This document shows positions 58,084-64,000 of a stretch of DNA of 64,000 nt, one piece after another (position 1 is the stretch's first letter; every line of letters starts with the position of its first letter). Made by a program: the position numbers and the translations under genes. This DNA is from an uncultured Planctomycetales bacterium. GTDB lineage: Bacteria > Omnitrophota > Gorgyraeia > Zapsychrales > CAYRXT01. Location: NCBI GenBank assembly GCA_964428315.1, contig CAYRXT010000007.1, forward strand, positions 5,407 to 69,406. Reading direction: 5' to 3'. The notes under the pieces are model-generated. The model saw only the letters and a list, made by a program, of their open reading frames with translations, did no database searches and was not told the DNA's origin.

Positions 58084-58112
58084 AAGTTTTTTGTAATATA
58101 TTCTAAATAACC
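58084..58112 (-). promoter_or_regulatory. Sigma70 promoter driving the FMN riboswitch and rib operon.
   Basis: Minus strand TTGACA-17 nt-TATATT, with +1 near the aptamer start. Confidence 0.55.
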
Positions 58113-58175
58113 AGACCTGTCAAGTTTTTTCGGATTGAAAAATATTGAAATCAAAGGGCTTATCCCACTCATCAC

Positions 58176-58204
58176 TTGCCAAACTGTTTTATTCTCTTTA
58201 TAAT
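58176..58204 (+). promoter_or_regulatory. Divergent sigma70 promoter for pncC-thpR.
   Basis: TTGCCA-17 nt-TATAAT, about 35 nt upstream of ATG 58240. Confidence 0.55.
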
Positions 58205-58239
58205 ATACGTCCATCGGAACCATTGAAGGCCTTTCTGCA

Positions 58240-58707
58240 ATGTCGCTTGAACGTATTATCGCCAAAACATTAAAAGACCTCCATTTGACCCTGGCAGTCG
58301 CCGAATCCTGTTCCGGAGGCCTCCTCGCCCATCGAATCACGAACATCCCGGGAAGTTCTATCTACATGAAAGGCGGGATCATTGCTTACGCTGACGAGAT
58401 CAAGATCCGACAGCTGGGTATCCCGAAGAAGACAATCAGGGAAAAAGGCGCTGTCAGCGGGATCGTGGCCCGTCTCATGGCCTCGCAGGTAAGAAAAATA
58501 TTCAAAGCGGATATTGGTGTCGGCATTACAGGTATTGCCGGACCGGGCGGCGGAAGTGCTCAAAAGCCCGCGGGCCTCACTTTCATTGCCATCGACTCAG
58601 CTCAAAGCAATAAGTGCTGGCGCACCGTTTTCTCGGGCAACCGTCTTGCCGTTAAAACGAAAGCCTGCTCAAAGGCGCTGGACCTCCTCAACAACATCCT
58701 GACATGA
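58240..58707 (+). CDS. pncC: CinA C-terminal domain protein / nicotinamide-nucleotide amidohydrolase PncC.
   Basis: …LAVAESCSGGLLA…GITGIAGP…. Confidence 0.8.
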   Translation: MSLERIIAKTLKDLHLTLAVAESCSGGLLAHRITNIPGSSIYMKGGIIAYADEIKIRQLGIPKKTIREKGAVSGIVARLMASQVRKIFKADIGVGITGIAGPGGGSAQKPAGLTFIAIDSAQSNKCWRTVFSGNRLAVKTKACSKALDLLNNILT

Positions 58708-59285
58708 TAGAAACTATACGCGCCTTTTTGGCACTGGAAATCACCGAGGAACTGCGAAAAGAAATCGGTCTGATTCAGGACCTTTTGAAAAAGACGGGGG
58801 CTGACGTGAAATGGGTTTTACCCAAAAACCTGCATCTGACACTGAAATTTCTCGGGGAAACTCCTCTGGATACTATCGAAGACATAACCTCCGGTCTGAA
58901 AAAGACGACCCGGGAAATCTCTTCTTTCACACTAAGTGTCGAGGAACTTGGGGCCTTCCCCGCCATCGGAAATCCACGGATTATCTGGATCGGGATCAAG
59001 GAGGGAAAGGATCAAACCATCGAACTGGCTGCCCGTCTGGAAGACGTCCTGGGCGGATTGGGTTTTGAAAAAGACAAGAGGCCGTTCAGTCATCATTTGA
59101 CCCTCGGCAGGAAAAAAAGCGGTCTCAATACGTATCATCTCGTAAAACAGCTGAAGACTTACCGGCCTTCTAAAAAAATGCTTCAGGAGGTCACGGCGCT
59201 TCATTTCATCAAAAGCACCCTGACACCTCAAGGGCCGGTATATGAAACGATCGACCGGTTTCCTTTTGCGAGAAAACCGAGGTAG
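58704..59285 (+). CDS. thpR: RNA 2',3'-cyclic phosphodiesterase (2H family, ThpR/LigT).
   Basis: Two H-x-T/S-x motifs (NLHLTLKFLG, SHHLTLGR). The start overlaps the pncC stop (ATGA). Confidence 0.8.
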   Translation: MIETIRAFLALEITEELRKEIGLIQDLLKKTGADVKWVLPKNLHLTLKFLGETPLDTIEDITSGLKKTTREISSFTLSVEELGAFPAIGNPRIIWIGIKEGKDQTIELAARLEDVLGGLGFEKDKRPFSHHLTLGRKKSGLNTYHLVKQLKTYRPSKKMLQEVTALHFIKSTLTPQGPVYETIDRFPFARKPR

Positions 59286-59287
59286 TA

Positions 59288-59479
59288 TTACTTAGGGAGG
59301 ACTTTCTTGATTTTGTATTTCAGATCGCGGAAGTATTGTTCAACGTTCTTCCAGTTCCAGCGGTATTCTTCTTTCTCCACGCCGAGTACGCGGTCATAAA
59401 CCGCCACTTTCTCCACGACTTGACTCTGCTGACCAATCAGCAGGACAAAGAATATAAGAACAAGAATGATCCGTTTCAA
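59288..59479 (-). CDS. Hypothetical small secreted/membrane peptide (doubtful).
   Basis: 63 aa, TTG start, no SD, hydrophobic N-terminus. Listed only because it is convergent with thpR and lies downstream of the AT-rich element. Confidence 0.2.
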   Translation of the reverse strand: MKRIILVLIFFVLLIGQQSQVVEKVAVYDRVLGVEKEEYRWNWKNVEQYFRDLKYKIKKVLPK

Positions 59480-59608
59480 TGTAATATTTGTATTAAAATG
59501 TTATTAATAATTATCATAAATATCATTAAGTAAATTTATGTAATTTTAGGTAAGTTTGAGTAATTTTAAGTATCTTTGATTAAATGTGCCTGGTCTGATT
59601 CATCATGT
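59480..59608. repeat. AT-rich (~80% AT) island with phased ~10-11-bp imperfect direct repeats (gtaaNtttNag).
   Basis: …gtaaatttatgtaattttaggtaagtttgagtaattttaagtatctttgattaaatg… in a ~53% GC context. Helical-phase A/T tracts suggest intrinsically bent DNA or a protein-binding array. Confidence 0.5.
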
Positions 59609-60391
59609 CTATCGCCGGTTGCCCATAATCTTTGCCAGAAGACGCAGGATCTCCAGGTACAACCATACCAGCGTGACCAGCAGAGCAAAGGCACCGTACC
59701 ACTCCATAAATTTGGGCGCGCCCATCTCTTCACCGTTCTCGATGAAATCAAAATCCATGACCAAATTCAGCGCGGCTATAATCACCACGAAGACGCTGAA
59801 ACCGATACCAATGGGCCCTGATTCATGGATGAAAGGCACGCGCACGCCGAACAAACCTAAAATGATCGTCACCACATAGATCAAAGCGATGCCGCCGGTT
59901 GCCGCAAAGACACCAAGTTTAAAATTCTCGGTTACTTTGATCAGACCGGATTTATAGGCCAAAAGCAGACTGAACAGTGTCCCGAACGTCAGGGCCACCG
60001 CCTGGATAACGATCCCCGGATACTGGAGTTCCATTGCCGCTGAAACTCCGCCGAGAAAGGCGCCCTCACATAACGCGTAAATCGGCGAGGTGACAGGAGA
60101 CCAATCGACCTTGAAGGCCGTGATGATGGCGATGACAAACCCCACGATCGCCCCTAAAGTGGCTATCCCCATCATGCGCGACTGAACTTGTGAAACGGCA
60201 GCAGCGGATTCCCAGGACGCCGGGACGCTCTGAAAAAACTGGGTCCAAACCCAGGAGGCCGAAATGAGCAACAAGAACATCAGGATCATACTTTTATTGA
60301 CCGTGCCCTGAATAGTCATTGTTCCCGCGCCTGTTGCCATGGATTTCTGAAAAACCGCCGACCTTAATGTCGGATTGGCCGAACGCATCAT
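59609..60391 (-). CDS. Bax inhibitor-1/YccA (TMBIM) family membrane protein.
   Basis: 7 predicted TM helices; C-terminal …FMEWYGAFALLVTLVWLYLEILRLLAKIMG is typical of BI-1/YccA. Confidence 0.55.
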   Translation of the reverse strand: MMRSANPTLRSAVFQKSMATGAGTMTIQGTVNKSMILMFLLLISASWVWTQFFQSVPASWESAAAVSQVQSRMMGIATLGAIVGFVIAIITAFKVDWSPVTSPIYALCEGAFLGGVSAAMELQYPGIVIQAVALTFGTLFSLLLAYKSGLIKVTENFKLGVFAATGGIALIYVVTIILGLFGVRVPFIHESGPIGIGFSVFVVIIAALNLVMDFDFIENGEEMGAPKFMEWYGAFALLVTLVWLYLEILRLLAKIMGNRR

Positions 60392-60419
60392 TGTCTTATC
60401 CTCCCTTTGTCTTAATTTC

Positions 60420-60902
60420 TCAAAACATGCCTGCCTTAAGAAATAAGGCCGCCTGCATCACAATATTAGCGTATAATCCCGCTACGACATCGTCAAGCAT
60501 AATTCCCCGGCCCCCCGCGGTGTTTTCCATCCGGTTGGCCGGGTATACCTTAAACATGTCAAAGGCCCGGAACAGAAAAAAGGCCGTAACCAAAACCGGA
60601 AAATCCGCCGGCAGGCCGATCAAAGTGATCATCATGCCTACGACCTCATCGATGACGACAACGGACGGATCCTTCTCTCCGAGACGGTCCTCCACAACAC
60701 GGGAGGCCCAAACACCGAAAAAGAACAAACACACAAGCGTGGCCCCGTAAATCATTACAGACAAGGGCGCTAAGACCAAATATAGGACAACACCGAGAAT
60801 GCTGGCAACGCTTCCCGAAGCGGGCCGGACATACCCCAGGAAACAACAGGTGGCCAAGATTCTTGCGCCTGCGGGCACCCTTCTCTTTTCCTTTGCTGTC
60901 AT
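60420..60902 (-). CDS. pgpA: Phosphatidylglycerophosphatase A.
   Basis: PgpA motifs …GSVASILGV…IDEVVGM…FRAFDMFKVYPA. Confidence 0.8.
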   Translation of the reverse strand: MTAKEKRRVPAGARILATCCFLGYVRPASGSVASILGVVLYLVLAPLSVMIYGATLVCLFFFGVWASRVVEDRLGEKDPSVVVIDEVVGMMITLIGLPADFPVLVTAFFLFRAFDMFKVYPANRMENTAGGRGIMLDDVVAGLYANIVMQAALFLKAGMF

Positions 60903-60906
60903 TTCA

Positions 60907-61482
60907 TTACATCCTGATAAGATTCTTATTGGTCCAGAGATAGGAGATTCCCGAAATCAATGTCAGGGCCACCGTGATCAGCATCAAGATATCGATCCCG
61001 ATCTCCCACCAGTTCTCAATGTTGAGAGACCACAGCCCCTTGGCGTCGAGAGCCTTTCGAATCATAATAAAAAGAAAGATGCTGATAACAGCCACAATCT
61101 GGGAAACCGTCTTGTGTTTCCCCGCTCTTTCCGCCGGTATCACCTTGCCTTTCGATAAGGCGAAAAGCCGGAGACTCGTGATCACAATCTCCCGGCCCAG
61201 TATAATGACAACCATCCAGACATCGACGACCTGCATGCGGACGAAGGCCAGGAAGGCAGCCAGGAGCAGAAACTTGTCGGCAAGAGGATCCATAAGTTTG
61301 CCGAAATCCGTTATCCAGTTGTTCCGCTTGGCCAGATACCCGTCATAAAAATCCGTCAGCGAGGCGACGCAGAATATCAGAAATGCCGTAATGATTGAGG
61401 CCAGGCTGTCTTTGGAAATAAAATAAATGAAAATAAAAGTCAGGATAACACGGGCCAGAGTCAGTTGGTTAGGCAGATTCAT
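60907..61482 (-). CDS. pgsA: CDP-diacylglycerol--glycerol-3-phosphate 3-phosphatidyltransferase.
   Basis: CDP-alcohol phosphatidyltransferase motif DFYDGYLAKR…G…DPLADK. Confidence 0.85.
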   Translation of the reverse strand: MNLPNQLTLARVILTFIFIYFISKDSLASIITAFLIFCVASLTDFYDGYLAKRNNWITDFGKLMDPLADKFLLLAAFLAFVRMQVVDVWMVVIILGREIVITSLRLFALSKGKVIPAERAGKHKTVSQIVAVISIFLFIMIRKALDAKGLWSLNIENWWEIGIDILMLITVALTLISGISYLWTNKNLIRM

Positions 61483-62819
61483 TTGTCTCGGTTTTCTTTA
61501 GTCCGCGCGACAAGATCATAAACCAAGGCATCGGCAATCTCGACTTCGCATAGATCGCCGGGTTCAAGGCCGTTTGCCGAATGGACATAAACCACCCCGT
61601 CCACCTCCGGGGCATCGTATTGAGTCCGGCCGATCATGATGTCCTCTTTCCCTTTTTGTTTCTCATCGATCAAGACGGGAAGAGTGCGGGCCACATAGCC
61701 GCTTAAAACGGATCGGGATATGAGTTGCTGCTCGCGCATAAGGATGTCCATGCGTCTTTTTTTAACCTCTGCCGGGACTTGGCCGGGCAATTCCTGTGCC
61801 GGGGTCCCCTCTTCTTTCGAATATTGGAAAGCCCCCATGCGATGAAACCGTGTCCGTCTTACAAAATCCACTAGCTCGCGGAAATCCTTTTCCGTCTCCC
61901 CCGGATAACCGACAATAAAGGTCGTGCGCAAAGCGATATCCGGAATTCGTCTTTTTATCTTCGCGATGAGGGCCGTAGTGCCTTCCTGAAACATCCCCCT
62001 GTTCATGCTCCGCAAGATGGGATCACTGATATGCTGCAGGGGAATGTCCAGATATTTGCATATCTTCGATTCTTCGGCGATAACATCGACCAAATCATCA
62101 GTCACGTGGGCCGGAAAGGCATAAAGCAGCCGTATCCAGCGGATATAGTTTGTCTGAGCGGCCATCTTTTTCAGTAGTGCGGCCAGGGCAAAAGACTTGT
62201 ATCTGTCGATGCCATAGGCGGTAATGTCTTGCCCCACAAGATTGATTTCTTTAACCCCTCGCTCGTCAAGATGACGGGTCTCCTCCAGAATGGATTCCAT
62301 TGGTCTTGACACAAAGCGCCCCTTGATGGAAGGGATCGCGCAAAAACTGCATCTGTTATAGCAACTCTCGCAAATCTTGACGTACGCGAAATGTCCCGGC
62401 GTCAAGGATACATCACGGACGAATGTGTCCTTATCCAGAGCAAGCGTTCCCACCAGGGCATCAATGCCCTTTAACTCCGGGATCAGCCGCTCACCGTATC
62501 GCTGGGCCAGGCATCCGGCCACGATCACTTTCTTGATCCGGCCCTGATGCTTAAGATCGATCAAATCTAGAATGATATCGATAGATTCGCGGCGCGCTTC
62601 TTCGATAAACGAACAGGTGTTGACGATAGCGATATCGGCACTCTGGAGATCGACAATGGGATGCCCCTTGTGCTTGAGTACGTCCAGGATAACCTGAGAA
62701 TCGACGAGATTCCGCGCACAACCCAGGTTAATCAGCGTCACTTTGGACGGCTGCGGGGCGCCGGAGCCAAGATAGCGCCTGGAAACAGTCCGGCTCTTCC
62801 TATGCGTTACGGTCTTCAT
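61479..62819 (-). CDS. rimO: Ribosomal protein S12 methylthiotransferase RimO (radical SAM MTTase).
   Basis: MTTase N-terminal Cys triad, radical-SAM CYNRCSFC and TRAM domain. Confidence 0.85.
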   Translation of the reverse strand: MKTVTHRKSRTVSRRYLGSGAPQPSKVTLINLGCARNLVDSQVILDVLKHKGHPIVDLQSADIAIVNTCSFIEEARRESIDIILDLIDLKHQGRIKKVIVAGCLAQRYGERLIPELKGIDALVGTLALDKDTFVRDVSLTPGHFAYVKICESCYNRCSFCAIPSIKGRFVSRPMESILEETRHLDERGVKEINLVGQDITAYGIDRYKSFALAALLKKMAAQTNYIRWIRLLYAFPAHVTDDLVDVIAEESKICKYLDIPLQHISDPILRSMNRGMFQEGTTALIAKIKRRIPDIALRTTFIVGYPGETEKDFRELVDFVRRTRFHRMGAFQYSKEEGTPAQELPGQVPAEVKKRRMDILMREQQLISRSVLSGYVARTLPVLIDEKQKGKEDIMIGRTQYDAPEVDGVVYVHSANGLEPGDLCEVEIADALVYDLVARTKENRDK

Positions 62820-62828
62820 GCGAAACGA

Positions 62829-63671
62829 TTATTGTTTGACGGAAAACCCGTTCTGGGTGAAGATGATTTTTTTGGCCCGCCGGTCGCGCCGCCCCAATGT
62901 GCCGATAACTTTTCCGTTCAGTTCAAATTCCAGCTCGCTGACATTCTTTCCGGACAATTCGATCTTTTCGTCAGCCGACCATGTCTCGACATTACCTTTG
63001 TTCAGGGCAGACTGAAAAACGACCCTCCCGTCGGCCTCAACCCGCAACCAGCTGTCCTTTCTCGCCTTAACGGTCACGGTTACGTTGTCCTGTCTGGCCG
63101 GAGGGGCGACGCCTTCTTGCCGGGCAACGGACGTCCGCTGACCTGTGGCCGTCTTTTCTCCTGGAGAAAAGTCGGGTGAAGATTCGGCGGTTTTCGTGGA
63201 TTTGGTTTGAGTCCGAACCGAGGAAGAATCCGGCTTAAGCGATGGGCCGGTTTCCGTTCTGGGGCGTGTCATTTTCGTCAAAAGACATCCGCCGATCTTA
63301 AAAAACAAGACGGCCAGAAAGATGATGAAAAAGCCCTTGACGATCCTTCGCATGACCTCGGGTGTTAACGCCGAATCGATCCTTTCGGTAAAGATGTTCT
63401 CGCGCCCCTCGCGTTTGGAGATCGGCTGGGGCAGCCTCTCAGGCTCATAATCCTTCAAGACCATTTTCAGGTCCACATCGAGATACTGGGCGTAGAGTTT
63501 AATGAATCCACGGTAATAAAAGGGGTTTAGTGTGCGTATGGTATACCCCTCCTCAATGGCACGAAGAGCGTCGAGAGGGATCTTGGTGGCCTCGTGAACC
63601 GTATTTATCTGTATCCCTTTGGATTCGCGGGTTTGTTTGAGGATCTGGCCCTGACGTGTTCTCTCTTCCAT
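62829..63671 (-). CDS. rodZ: RodZ-like cytoskeleton protein (HTH-XRE + TM + DUF4115).
   Basis: N-terminal HTH (LKQTRESKGIQINTVHEATKI), central TM, S/T/P-rich linker and C-terminal DUF4115-like …WLRVEADGRVVFQ…L.GKN. Confidence 0.6.
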   Translation of the reverse strand: MEERTRQGQILKQTRESKGIQINTVHEATKIPLDALRAIEEGYTIRTLNPFYYRGFIKLYAQYLDVDLKMVLKDYEPERLPQPISKREGRENIFTERIDSALTPEVMRRIVKGFFIIFLAVLFFKIGGCLLTKMTRPRTETGPSLKPDSSSVRTQTKSTKTAESSPDFSPGEKTATGQRTSVARQEGVAPPARQDNVTVTVKARKDSWLRVEADGRVVFQSALNKGNVETWSADEKIELSGKNVSELEFELNGKVIGTLGRRDRRAKKIIFTQNGFSVKQ

Positions 63672-63738
63672 AATTCTATCCTCCGGCCGGCAGACATATC
63701 GGCGCCGGGCCGCGGCGCGGTTTCACCTTCACTGCGAC

Positions 63739-64000
63739 TCATTCTTCCTCTGAAGTTTTCATATGATTCATAAGCCATTCTTCCCGATTGACAAGCAATT
63801 CCCGCGGTTTGCTCCCGCAGTAGGGTCCGACGATCCCTTCCTGTTCCATCATGTCGATCAAACGGGCCGCACGGGTATACCCCAAACGCATCCTTCTCTG
63901 CAAAATGGAAACGGAAGCCTGGTTTGTTTCAATAACCAACCGGACAGCCTCATCGAACAGTTCGTCTTTTTCATCCAGGGCGCCTGAGGCTAGAGAACTC
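63739..64000 (-). CDS. ftsK: DNA translocase FtsK, C-terminal (gamma, KOPS-binding winged-helix) end only. The gene continues past the window end.
   Basis: …[43 protein letters not shown]…. The frame stays open to position 64000. Confidence 0.75.
   Translation of the reverse strand, partial: SSLASGALDEKDELFDEAVRLVIETNQASVSILQRRMRLGYTRAARLIDMMEQEGIVGPYCGSKPRELLVNREEWLMNHMKTSEEE

Noticed and set aside
59480-59608. XerCD dif site in the AT-rich island
   Set aside because: No 28-bp match to proteobacterial or Firmicutes dif consensus (no …CATAATGTATATTATG… core), and xerD is 13 kb away.

Overview
This is a 64-kb stretch of a medium-GC bacterial chromosome, probably from an uncultivated lineage (MAG-like). 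Almost every gene is on the minus strand.

Gene content, left to right:
1. 1..5633, minus strand: the N-terminal ~1875 codons of a giant secreted surface protein. The ORF runs off the window start with no stop, which is why the complete-ORF track does not list it. It has a signal peptide, a LamG/ConA-like lectin domain, two tandem ~420-aa right-handed beta-helix modules, an Ig-like region and a C-terminal array of 13-residue NW repeats (39-bp DNA period).
2. A REP-associated tyrosine transposase (IS200-like Y1 HUH) flanked by REP hairpins.
3. An orphan secretin module: ExeA/MshM-like ATPase, a GspC/PilP-like membrane protein, a GspD/PilQ-type secretin and a coiled-coil/TPR protein.
4. A lipid-linked glycosylation module: GtrB-like GT2, SAM methyltransferase, DUF2304, a Dpm1-like GT2 and, a few kb on, a 715-aa GT-C-type membrane glycosyltransferase-like protein.
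5. A CtpA (S41) peptidase and a secreted EF-hand protein.
6. The gcvT-gcvH-gcvPA-gcvPB operon followed by a lipoate-protein ligase gene.
7. tRNA-Arg(TCG).
8. An atypical dcw cluster, mraZ through ftsA, with no ftsZ and no murB, and a secreted Peptidase_MA_2-like gene between murG and murC.
9. ribF-truB-nrnA-rbfA, cca, xerD, ligA, a metallophosphoesterase and acyP.
10. tRNA-Pro(CGG).
11. fabZ-fabG and a KAS-II (FabF-like) paralogue whose catalytic Cys/His/His triad is entirely substituted.
12. A rib operon (ribBA-ribH-nusB-PHP-ribD-ribE) behind an FMN riboswitch.
13. pncC-thpR (plus strand), a BI-1/YccA-family protein, pgpA-pgsA-rimO, rodZ and the 3' end of ftsK.

The most unusual elements are the giant NW-repeat protein with its neighbouring secretin and glycosylation genes, the RAYT/REP unit, the triple tandem inverted-repeat array with a poly(A)10 tract at the start of the secretin-partner gene, the catalytically dead KAS paralogue, and the ftsZ-less, murB-less dcw cluster with an embedded metallopeptidase-like gene.

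All calls come from reading the translations by eye. Coordinates of starts and of non-coding elements are approximate.
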